Below are positions 51,842 through 64,000 of a stretch of DNA of 64,000 bases, one piece after another (the stretch's first letter is position 1; every line of letters begins with the position of its first letter). Source of the stretch: Eledone cirrhosa. Its lineage: Eukaryota. The notes under the pieces were generated by a model that searched no databases, had not been told where the DNA came from, and was given only the letters and a program-made list of their open reading frames with translations. The translations under genes and the position numbers were made by a program. The stretch lies in NCBI GenBank assembly GCA_964016885.1, contig OZ024750.1, positions 50,096,001-50,160,000 on the forward strand. The letters are read 5' to 3'.

Positions 51842-52252
51842 TGCCCTGATTGACTTTTTGAAATGTCATTTGAAAAGGAAAATCAGAGTAGAGGGAAGTG
51901 CTCTCTTCCAAGCATTTTGTTGAAAGATGGGTGAGAGAAGCAAGAATGGCCCGAGAGAATGGGCCTACTCTGAGTATGTATCTGTAAATTAAAGGTGGAA
52001 AACTGGGAGAGTACACTTGCCTTGGTGGTCAGGGTCACTCTGGTCTTTTACTGGGCTTTTTCCACAAATGTCCCTCTGAAGTCTCTCCCCTATTGGGGAA
52101 TTTTTCGTTGATATTTTCTGTTACGTCCTTGTTTTTGTTTTTTACACGTAGAAATGCCCATTTGTACCGTTCTGTATTGTCCTGCACTGTCCTTAATGTC
52201 TACTTGTATGTAAACCCTTGTGGTTAATAAAGAAATCATTATTATTATTATT
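51842..52252 (+). mobile_element. Tx1 LINE 3' fragment
   Basis: Matches 49485-49834. AATAAA and (TTA)n tail. Confidence 0.85.
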
Positions 52253-52352
52253 GCCAAGGTTGACTTTGGCTTTCATCCTTACGGGGTCGATAAAATAAAG
52301 TACCGGTAATGCACTGGGTAATTGCTGGCCCTGTGCCTAAGGTATAAACAAT
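52253..52352 (+). mobile_element. Meta-domain-like SINE, 3' part
   Basis: Core match, lying between (TTA)n tracts. Confidence 0.75.
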
Positions 52353-52379
52353 TATTATTATTATTATTGTTATTGTTAT

Positions 52380-53318
52380 TCCTTGAATCTCAGTCATTGA
52401 TGTTGGTTAACTGGAAAGTCCGTTGGATTGAATATCAAGCCACTACCTGCAGCCTCAGATATTCAGGACGTATCGGAGGGTTCTTGCCGTTCCAAGCAAG
52501 CATGCCTTTTGAAGCGTTCCAAAAAGCGTGAAGGGGCCGATTTTCTTTAACCATCCCTGGAAACCTTTGGAGATAGTCCCCAGTGCGCCTATGACAATCG
52601 GGATCACTTTGACTTCATGGCAGTTCCAAATCCTTTTCACCTCCCACTTTAGGTCCTGGTATCGGTTAATTTTCTCCCTCTCCTTCTCTTGCACTCTCGT
52701 GTCGAACGGGCAGGCCACATCCACAATCAGGCACGATCTTTTTTCTTTGTCCACAACCACCAGGTCAGGTCTATTGTGTTCCAGTTTTTTGTCCGTCTGT
52801 ATCCTAAAATCCCACAGCACCTTCACCTGACTGTTCTCCATCACCGCCTCTGGCCTATGCTCATACCATTTCTCAGAATGTGGTAGATTGTTTACTTTGC
52901 ACAGGTGCCAGTGGATCACCCTGCCCATCACATCGTGTCTCCAGCCCTTATAGTGGGTCTGGGCTAGGTGTTTACACTCGGACACAATGTGAGCCACAGT
53001 CTCCTCTCTCTCTCCACAGATCCTGCACAGTGGGCTAGCCTCCTCCTTGTAGATATGGTGCTTCAACCACTTCGTTTTGAGGGCCTGCTCCTGCGCAGCC
53101 ATTAGCATTCCTTCTGTAGCCTTTTTGAGGTCTCCTCTTCTCAACCAGTTCCATGTCTGTGGATCTCTAAATTCAGTTTTCTCAAAGAAGGTACTATGAA
53201 GGGATTTTCCCTTAAGGCTGCTCTTCCTCCTTGATGTTATTTCCTCCTTGGGTATCCCCTGGCCTACTCTCCCCTCCTTCAGTACAGCTCTGAGCATTGG
53301 CTCCTTACTATAGGTCAC
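52380..53318 (-). mobile_element. R4/Dong-clade 3' fragment with an open 287-aa CCHC plus REL domain
   Basis: CRICGEREETVAHIVSEC, RHD, RPDLVVVDKEKRSCLIVDVACP, EKINRY. Same family as 49835-51840. Confidence 0.9.
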
Positions 53319-53328
53319 ATTATTATTA

Positions 53329-53371
<43 letters not shown>

Positions 53372-53372
<1 letters not shown>

Positions 53373-53760
53373 TGCATTTATCTTGCTTTATGTTTATACG
53401 AGTTATCACCAAGTCACAACCAGTGACCTCAAGAGACAACAAGGTCCGCCATGTTCAAGAAAGAACACACATATTCACACATGCATCCTTAGTGTTTAGA
53501 CTTGTGATGTACTTATATTGACAGGATCTTCCTTAGTATATGGGCAGTTCCCATTAGTACTATCTTTTGTATTTCTCCTATACGCGGGTTTCCTGGGATT
53601 TGCGATAAGTAGTCGTTAGACCCCTTAGGTATCATTCCCAGAGCGCCTACAACCACTGGTATTGTTTTAGTTCTCAATTTCCACATTTTTCCAATTTCTA
53701 TCTCCAGGTCCTTATACTTGCTCAATTTTTCAAATGTTTTTATAGATACATTCTTGTCTA
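53372..53760 (-). mobile_element. R4/Dong-clade 3' fragment
   Basis: IDKNVSIKTFEKLSKYKDLEIE...AHILRKILSI*. Same family as 43548-44036, with (TTA)n on both sides. Confidence 0.85.
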
Positions 53761-53771
53761 TATTATTATTA

Positions 53772-53824
<53 letters not shown>

Positions 53825-53825
<1 letters not shown>

Positions 53826-53970
53826 GCCCCATTTATTCCTGGGAGGGTAGTGAATATAGTCTTCAAAGAATCCTCCTAGAGGGTCATGTCAGAAGGAACC
53901 ATACCCGAAAGATACGGCTGGATCTCCAAGCGAGACCAGCTAAGTTCACGGACGTTATCCAACCATATTA
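53825..53970 (-). mobile_element. RTE-clade 3' fragment
   Basis: Matches the 3' end of 19989-20292 and ends in (TAA)n. Confidence 0.55.
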
Positions 53971-54009
53971 ATCGGAGGTCTACCTAAGTCTCCTTCCACA
54001 GTATATATA

Positions 54010-54775
54010 TTCTATTTAGGGCGAGTAAAATTCCCGAGATCCATGGACGAGTTCTCTCCAGCAGTCTCTGTCCCTCATTATCTCTGCCATGTCCTGCGTC
54101 TCCAACAGACCAGTGTCTATCCTTAGGGCATCAATATACGTTATCCTTAGTCTACCTCTTCCAGTGTGTATGGGCTCCCACAGGAGCATTGAGTGGAATG
54201 TGAACTCTGGATGTCTGAATCTGAGATATCGGATGCTGAATTTGCCGACGACATAGTTTTGGTGACAAATACAGTGAAGGAGGCAGAGGATTTGATGCGG
54301 GAAATTGAGACTGTGTCGATGAGTTTGAGGCTGAGAATGAATGAGACTAAAACAAAATATCTGGTAGAGAATGTTGAGAAGCCAGAGGGATCACGAATGT
54401 AGGCGGGAAGCCACTAGAATTGGTTGAGGACTTCCTGTATTTGTGAGCAAAGATTGGGAATACGGAAGACGGTGTGGTTGAGAGGAAGAGCAAAGCCTGG
54501 GCGCCGTACCACAGCTTGAGATCGGTGTGGAAGTCGGACCTTCGTAAAGATCTGAAAATCCGTCTCTTCATTGATGTAGTGGAGTCTGTGCTGCTGTACG
54601 GGTCTGAGACTTGGACACTGACCAAGAAACTCACTCAGATGGTGAATGGGTGCTACACGAGAATGCCGAGGATGGCTCTGAACATTAATCAGTATACACT
54701 GAGGATGAAAAACTCAGAGCTGTATGGCAGACTCCCAAAAGTCAGGTCAAAAGTGACACAGAAGAGACTGAGATT
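54010..54775. mobile_element. RTE-clade LINE with an inverted 5' part
   Basis: Minus 54192-54016: SMLLWEP...GRLRITYIDALRIDTG...DRDCWR. Plus 54193-54775: FADDIVL...LLYGSETWTL...KRLRL. Confidence 0.8.
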
Positions 54776-55442
54776 AGTATATATAAATATATATATATAT
54801 ATATAGGTGTGGGGGGGGGGGCGTACGTATGTGTGCGTGCGTGCGTGCATAGGTATGTAAACATATGTATGACCACTTTTAAGCAATTCGTCCGATTAAT
54901 CGCCCTTCTCTCAGCAGCACCCTAAAATGCTGAACAGGAAGGGCGCAAATGTATCTTGCAGTAAAATGTTTGCTTCATCGTTAATATTGCTTGTTTACAT
55001 ACAATTTATCTTGACAAAAGAATTTTACTTTTCCCGTGAACCTTGTACTTCTTTGACAAGCTTTACAGTAATTCAAACTTAGGAAGTCGAATACCGCTTT
55101 GGGATTTATGATGTAAAATGGTTTACTGGAATCAATAATTATAACAACAATGTTTCTGGAACATACAATTCCATGTTGTCCTTACAAACGTGTATTAACA
55201 GATGCATTTGCTTTGTACAACTTCTGACGTTCGAAAGTTATACTGCGTTGTGAAGAATAAGTTGTCAACTATTGATCGTATTCTAACAAACGGCAGCTGA
55301 GTAATTTGATTTATTGGTGCAATTCCGAAAGAGGTGTAATCTTTCTTTGGAAGAATGTTTTTATTACGTATTTCTGAAACTTCCTATGCGATACAACTTT
55401 CAGCCAGTTCCTGGAATCGATTTTCTTTTTTCAACGTGTCGC

Positions 55443-55725
<283 letters not shown>

Positions 55726-55923
55726 TAATAATAATAATAAATGTGAAGACTACAATTCAAAGAGAGCTCGATAAGGATAAATATATATCAAACATATAAG
55801 AGCCACATAGCAAATATTTATTAAAATAACAGATTAAAGTTTAAGCAAAGAATCGGTGCTTTCACCCTTAACGGGATCAGTTGTTTTAATATATATATAT
55901 ATATATAACTTAGCTGAAAATAA

Positions 55924-56007
55924 ACTTCCCTGATGACGAAAGGTCTTCTCCATGTGTTCCATTCGGAAACCATGTTTATTCCCTTTCAGAAACTAATTAG
56001 TTGGAGT
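55924..56007 (+). ncRNA. Type I hammerhead ribozyme, family A variant
   Basis: CTGATGA at 55930-55936, stem II gaaagg/cctttc, GAAAC-taatta-GTT-ggag. Confidence 0.7.
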
Positions 56008-56055
56008 GAAATTTTAGTAGGCAAGTTAATTTTTATAATTTTCTTATTTTACGTC

Positions 56056-56140
<85 letters not shown>

Positions 56141-56589
56141 CATACATATATATATACAAACATACATATAAATATATATATATATATGTATACATACATA
56201 TATATATACACATATATATATATATACATATATATACATATATATATACATATATATACATATATATACATGTGTATGTATATATATACATATATATATG
56301 GTGGCTGCCAACTCGGTTCCGAGTACGGCCACTACTTTATATCCATGCAGGAGAACTCCTACTGATGCGCTGAACGAGTGTGACTTTTTAGTCCAGCCAG
56401 CGACTTGAAAACTCTGGTACAAACACTTCACTTGTGACAATTATTGACACATAGTGCTGGGCCCATGGTACAATGTGACGACAAATGCAGAGAGAACTCC
56501 AGATAAAAAGCAAAGCCTGTGCCGTGCAGCTTTTATAGTGTGCAAAGGCACTGCACAAAGCCAGTCCCACTCTCTTAACCAATATGATA

Positions 56590-56682
56590 TTTACCAAAAA
56601 GAAGAACGTCTGAAAGTATATACTTTCCTTATGCATATTAACCGCTGAGTAGCATTATAATAAATGTTCGGTGAATCCATAC

Positions 56683-56729
<47 letters not shown>

Positions 56730-57280
56730 CATGTATGTATATATATATACATACTACTGTACATCTGTATACATATATGTATGTACGTATACATATTTAT
56801 ATTTAAGTAACAGCCGTACTAAGAGTGGGAAATGAAATTTCGTTTCATTTTTTTCAGTTTATCGTTTTCGGTGCACCCGGCCGAATAACCTACTCGATAT
56901 GCAAATTGGGCTACTCAGCCGTTAATATGCATAAGGAAGGTATATACTATCAGACGTTCAATCATCTGGCAGGAACGTATACGTTGCTGACGTTAGCTAA
57001 TAAGCTTGAAACTAGTACAGCATTCCTTTGTCAGTGTTGAACAAACGAGCAACGATGGTTGCTAGACTCTACGGCTTAATACGGGTTGTTTGTTTACAAA
57101 CACACCGAGCATTATGATAAATGTTCGGTGAATCCATACGTACATATATGTATGTGTGCATGTATGTATATATATATACATACTACTATACGTCTGTATA
57201 CATATATGTATGTACGTGTACATATATTTAAGTAACAGCCGTACTAAGTGTGGGAAATGAAATTTCGTCTCATTTTTTCC

Positions 57281-57369
<89 letters not shown>

Positions 57370-57975
57370 TGTATATATATATAGAGATGGAATAGAGTGA
57401 AACGAAATTTCATTTCTCTCTCTTAGTACGGAACTTATTTAATGTAAGTATATATGTATGTATACGTACATACATATATGTATACAGAACCACAGTAGTA
57501 TGTATATATATATATACATACATGCACACATACATATATGCACGTATCGGTTTACCGAACATTTATTATAATGCTCGGTTTGTTTGTTTATAAACGGTGT
57601 GCCCGACCGACTGAACTCACTCGATATGCTAATTAGGCTGCTCAGTCGTTAATATGCATAAGGAAAGTATATACTTTCAGACGTTCAACCATCTGGCAGG
57701 AAGGTATACGATGCTGACGATAGCTAATAAGCTTGAAACTAGTACATCGTTCCTGTGTCAGTGTTGAGCAGCAAAAAGGTGACGTTGTTGCCTAAACACC
57801 GTACGGCGTAAATCGGGCTGTTTGTTTATTTAGAAACAAACAAACCCAGCATTATAATAAATGTTCGGTAAACCGATACGTGCATATATGAATGTGTGCA
57901 TGTATGTATATATATACATACTGCTGTGCGTCTGTATACATATATATATATGTACGTATACATACATACTTATAT
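56590..57975. mobile_element. Family B copies, tandem and inverted
   Basis: Direct repeat offset of 425 bp (56811 vs 57236), inverted segments, HHR motifs at 56981-57023 and 57708-57750. Confidence 0.8.
57708..57750 (+). ncRNA. Minimal type I hammerhead ribozyme, family B (intact core)
   Basis: acgatg-CTGACGA-t agct aata agct t-GAAAC-ta-GTA-catcgt. Confidence 0.8.
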
Positions 57976-58181
57976 ATAACAATAGAATTGTAACCCCACT
58001 ATCCGGGACCTTCCAACCGAAATGGTCGCATTATTTAAGTGTATGTCAATATTTGTTCATAAAACCATAATTTGCTTTGGTGTCCAAGAAATATGTATAA
58101 TGAAATAAATATGGTTTTATAAATATAGTTTCCATTTGTTAATATATTTTATATATATCTATCTATATGTATATATATATC

Positions 58182-58257
<76 letters not shown>

Positions 58258-58263
58258 TATATA

Positions 58264-59520
<1,257 letters not shown>

Positions 59521-59608
59521 GTATATGTACTATATATAGAGAGTTATAAACTCAAACAGTCTTTTACAATTAAATAGCTCAAAGAAAGAAATATTTCTGA
59601 GCCGTGAA

Positions 59609-59946
59609 ATACAAGTTAATATAAATTAATATATATGATAAACACTAATACAATAATATAAGTGTTTGTATTGTAAATGACCAAGTTAGCTAGATTGAAA
59701 AATACTAATTAGATTAAAACAGTTTGCCTGTCTCGATTTAAAATAATAAATCAATAAAAACAAACCCATATTGGCAATAGCCAATATGGGGTTGTTTTTA
59801 TTTATTTATTATTTGAAATCGAGACAGGCAAACTGTATTAATCTAATTAGTATTTTTCAATCTAGCTAACTTGGTCATTTACAATACAAACACTTATATT
59901 ATTGTATTAGTGTTTATCATATATATTAATTCATATTAACTTGTAT
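59609..59946. repeat. Near-perfect palindrome, ~167-bp arms, 4-nt loop
   Basis: Centre ccatattggc-aata-gccaatatgg. Confidence 0.9.
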
Positions 59947-59956
59947 GTATATGTAT

Positions 59957-60049
<93 letters not shown>

Positions 60050-60214
60050 TATAAGAATTAGTAAATTTGAATTCCAATGTTACTAAGTAGTTGCATTGGA
60101 TGGAGTCAACCGACGTCGGAGATTTCTCAACGTATAATAAAGTGTGTTTTAAAATCCGGAGAAAATATGCGGAAGAAGTTTATGAAACGGAAATGCGGGT
60201 ATAAAGAATTTATT

Positions 60215-60331
60215 AGGTAACAATTGTTTCTATAGTGTATGGGTTACCTATACTTCGCTATTTGAATAATATAAAAATATTATCATAAACCGAAGGTACA
60301 CTGCAAGCAAACACACCATGTCGTCAGACCT
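60215..60331 (-). ncRNA. Type I hammerhead ribozyme, family G, extended stem II
   Basis: aggt-CTGACGA-c atggtgtgt...atacactat a-GAAAC-aatt-GTT-acct. Confidence 0.7.
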
Positions 60332-60740
60332 TTGTATTGGAATGATATGAAAATATTTTATACACTAGATAAAAGAGAAAGAAGGAGGTGGGAAGAGAAG
60401 GGGAGAGGGAAGTGAGTAAGGGGGAGGGAGTCCTAGGATTTAAGACTGTCAGACTAGTAGAGATTGTAAGGAGAGAATGTTTTGGCAGCAGTTAGCTTAA
60501 TGAGGCGTGTTAGTGTTGGCGGGGGAAGTTAATTCTTCTAGTGGTGTTGTTTGGACAAAATTTAGTTAAAGAGGTCAAAGTGGTAGAGAGTTACAGACAA
60601 GTTATTGGGGCTATTATAGTAGCAGGTTATTTCTAAAGGGGTCCAGAAAACAGTGTTTAGTACTATTATTATAGAAAGCCATATCTTGTGTATAAACATA
60701 TAAAACAGAAATTTGCAAACGGTGGTGTAAAAAGGTAACA

Positions 60741-61100
60741 TTATATGCATTTAAAAAAAGAAAAAGTCATTTTCAAACGATGGTTACAGTATAGTGAACG
60801 TTTAATTTTGCTGTTTAAAAGTTTGTTTACCGACGTTAAAATGCAGTATATCTCCAAATTGCATAATTTTCAGAATCGATGATTTTGCTTATATGCAGGC
60901 GCAAATGCAATAATTTGCCAATCAAGGGACAATGCTTGATTGTTCCTCCGGAGCTGCCAGGCTTTATCGGCGAGGGTTATTACGGAGCGCATTTTCTCGG
61001 GCCTGATCGAAGATCGATGTTGGTATAGGCGAGCTTTGAAAGAAGTTGCGGTACATCCGACGTAATACCGTTTGTTGGTTCCGGAATTTATTGTACATTT
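60741..61100 (-). pseudogene. Penelope-type GIY-YIG endonuclease C-terminal fragment
   Basis: YYVGCTATSFKARLYQHRSS...WQII...Y...*KLCNLEIYCIL...LLNSK...YCNHRLK, with one premature stop. Confidence 0.8.
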
Positions 61101-61718
61101 ATTGAACCACAAATTTACTAAGACAAAACCTATATATTTGCTAGCATTGATATGCATCTGTATGTATATATATGTAACTAGATATTAATTCTTTATAATT
61201 ATCTCCAAATAATTTCTCGAGCAATATTGGCCAAGACTGCTGCTATGGTAGCGGGCAGGCCGCTGTCTTATTAACAAACCACTTTCCACTGATTGACTTC
61301 GATGTCACGTGATTGATTCTTTTTGAATTTGCCACCGACGCAGAGGCAGTGATTTTCTCAATGGCTAGGAATTCAGTCCACGCTTTGCTATTTTCTATCC
61401 ACTGAATTATTTTTGTATAAGTTTCCAGAGTCTACGCTTTGCCTGGATACTTAGCTGAGAATAGTCTTCCCTGACGACGAAATGCTTCTCAATATTTTCT
61501 TCGGAAAGTATATTTATTCTATTTCAGAAACTAATTAGTTGGGAGTGAAATTTTAGTAAGTAAGTTAATTTTATAATTTTCTTATTTTACGTCTATCATA
61601 TTATTGTTCTGCAACCCCATGCATTGAACCACAAAGTTACTAAGACAAAACCTATATATTTGCTAGCATTGATATGCATCTGTATGTATATATATATTAC
61701 TAGATATTAATTCTTTAT
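61101..61718 (+). mobile_element. Family A, ~1.2 units, with HHR at 61465-61546
   Basis: Near-identical to 2550-3170. CTGACGA at 61471, GAAA at 61527, GTT at 61538. Confidence 0.85.
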
Positions 61719-61721
61719 ATA

Positions 61722-61784
<63 letters not shown>

Positions 61785-61790
<6 letters not shown>

Positions 61791-62071
61791 GGAATAGATA
61801 ATGCTGACAAATTGTTAACAGTTGAAAAATGGTTTAATTAGGAGAGCAAACAGCACGGACACTCTATCTCAAAATTATTTTTGAAAAGCATTTAGAAATG
61901 CGCAACCGGTAAAATCTTAAAAACTTAAAACCACAACTGAATACTAACCCATACAATCACTAATACTCTTTTATTCCTAATTAAACCATTTTTCAAATGT
62001 GAACAATTTGTCAGCATTTTCTATTCCGTTTACCAATATATAATAACTTGTGTGTTACACCTCTATTCTTT

Positions 62072-62080
<9 letters not shown>
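61785..62080. repeat. Inverted-repeat element, with further pieces at 62830-62940
   Basis: 61785-61843 is the approximate reverse complement of 61975-62033. Contains only an HHR-like 3' half (gaaatgcgca). Confidence 0.55.
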
Positions 62081-62107
<27 letters not shown>

Positions 62108-62144
62108 ATTAAATAAATGGAAACTATATTTATAAAACCATATC

Positions 62145-62210
62145 TATTTCATTATATATATTTCGGGGATATCATATTAACAATATGCTATGCCTTCCTC
62201 AGACAAAATA
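62145..62210 (-). ncRNA. Type I hammerhead ribozyme, family F (mirror copy)
   Basis: Exact reverse complement of 62386-62451. Confidence 0.65.
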
Positions 62211-62385
62211 CAATATAAACAGTTTTATAGATAAATAGATTCGACATACCGTTATAACACCGACTTCCATTTGAAGAGGTTTAAGCTGGCAGCTTTAAGC
62301 TGCCTGCCAGCTTAAACCTCTTCAAATGGAAGTCGGTGTTATAACGGTATGTCGAATCTATTTATCTATAAAACTGTTTATATTG

Positions 62386-62451
62386 TATTTTGTCTGAGGA
62401 AGGCATAGCATATTGTTAATATGATATCCCCGAAATATATATAATGAAATA
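62386..62451 (+). ncRNA. Type I hammerhead ribozyme, family F
   Basis: tattttgt-CTGAGGA-[aggcatagcatatt gtt aatatgatatcccc]-GAAAT-atat-ATA-atgaaata. Confidence 0.65.
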
Positions 62452-62581
62452 GATATGGTTTTATAAATATAGTTTCCATTTATTTAATATTGTAAATATA
62501 CTCCAAATATGTGTCGAGTGCTTTTATATCAGTTATAAATATTTACTAGTTGTAACCCAACAATTTTAAATATAACTTTCC

Positions 62582-62623
<42 letters not shown>

Positions 62624-62730
62624 TATTTTCCGTTGTATTGTAATATAAATATTACACACAGTAGATTGACAGCTCACGTAGAGTTTGTTCGACGGTTCCA
62701 GTCGTAGTTCCAAAATTAATCCGGAGAAAA

Positions 62731-62781
62731 ATAGAAAGATTTGAATGGATACAGTTTACTAAACTGTATCCATTCAAATCT

Positions 62782-62787
<6 letters not shown>
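62731..62787. repeat. Perfect 28-bp hairpin
   Basis: atagaaagatttgaatggatacagttta-c-taaactgtatccattcaaatctttctat. Confidence 0.9.
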
Positions 62788-62834
<47 letters not shown>

Positions 62835-62939
62835 AAAGAATAGAGGTGTAACACACAAGTTATTATATAACACACAAGCATTTTCTATACCGTTTACCAA
62901 TATATAATAACTTGTGTGTTACACCTCCATTCTTTTAAC

Positions 62940-63262
<323 letters not shown>

Positions 63263-63281
63263 CTAAAAGATATATATACAG

Positions 63282-63312
<31 letters not shown>

Positions 63313-63339
63313 CATATACAGATATACATATATATATAA

Positions 63340-63400
63340 ACGTAAGTATGTATGTATACGTACATACACATATGTATACCGACGTACAGTAGCACATATG

Positions 63401-63465
<65 letters not shown>

Positions 63466-64000
63466 GCGTTCTACTGTACGTCTGTATACATATGTGTATG
63501 TACGTATACATACATACTTACGTTTAAGTAAGTGCCATACTAAGAGTGAGAAATGAAATTTCGTTTTCATTTTTTTCAACTTATCGTTTTCGGTATGCCT
63601 GACCGATTTAACTCACTCAATATGCAAATTAGGCTGCTCAGCCGTTAATTTTCATAAGGAAAGTATATACTTTCGAACGTTCAACTATCTGGCAGATGGG
63701 TAAACGGTGCTGATGATAGCTAACAAGCTTGAAACTAGTACATCGTTCCTGTGTCAGTGTTGAACAAAAAGGTGACGTGGTTGCCTTAACACCGTATGGC
63801 ATAAATTCAGGCTGTTCGCTTTGTTGACAAACAAACGAACAAAGCGGCCGGCGTTATAATAAACGTCGGCTAAACTGATGCGTGCATATATGTATGTGTA
63901 CCTGTATGCATATGTGTATATGTGTATATATATATGCATATGTGTATATATATATGCGTGCTACTGTACGTCTGTATACATATGTGTATGTACGTATACA
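63340..64000 (+). mobile_element. Family B copy
   Basis: Homologous to 56750-57240. Confidence 0.75.
63703..63747 (+). ncRNA. Minimal type I hammerhead ribozyme, family B (intact core)
   Basis: aacggtg-CTGATGA-t agct aaca agct t-GAAAC-ta-GTA-catcgtt. Confidence 0.8.

Larger units (their letters stand above)
60055..61100 (-). mobile_element. Penelope-like retroelement 3' remnant (GIY-YIG plus HHR-bearing pseudo-LTR)
   Basis: The endonuclease C-terminus is followed about 410 nt downstream, on the same strand, by an HHR. Confidence 0.8.
62102..62494. repeat. Perfect palindrome with 191-bp arms, family F
   Basis: 62102-62292 is the reverse complement of 62304-62494, with an 11-nt spacer. Confidence 0.92.

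Noticed and set aside
50961-52016. 351-aa ORF as a single gene
   Set aside because: Its first ~58 aa are antisense Tx1 sequence read across the chimeric junction. Only the rest is R4 RT.
55845-55890. Minus-strand ctgat-cccgttaaggg-tgaaa
   Set aside because: The core is incomplete and stem III is unconvincing. It may be a decayed HHR but was not counted.
56355-56425. HHR-like ctgatgc...gaaac...gta
   Set aside because: The core is mismatched and there is no stem I pairing.

Overview
AT-rich, microsatellite-dense eukaryotic DNA. The SINE and LINE content points to a coleoid cephalopod, probably Octopus (inferred, not proven). The window is almost entirely transposon-derived. It holds three decayed L1/Tx1-clade LINEs plus fragments, four R4/Dong-clade fragments, RTE-clade fragments, a Penelope-like GIY-YIG remnant, a Merlin (IS1595/ISXO2-like) DNA transposon remnant, non-autonomous Helitrons, a hAT-type MITE, tRNA-derived SINE arrays and two minisatellites. 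Only one candidate host exon was seen (35488-35688, minus). Most ORFs in the supplied track are repeat artefacts. The main unannotated signal is about 20 type I hammerhead ribozyme (HHR) motifs from about 9 unrelated non-coding repeat families. They have minimal palindromic stem III, lie in tandem and head-to-head inverted arrays next to (TA)n tracts, and two families show stem-preserving base changes between copies. This fits a Penelope-mobilised, retrozyme-like (possibly circRNA-producing) system. A second theme is strand-specific microsatellite targeting by Tx1 and R4 LINEs. All folds and alignments were made by eye, so boundaries may be off by a few bases.
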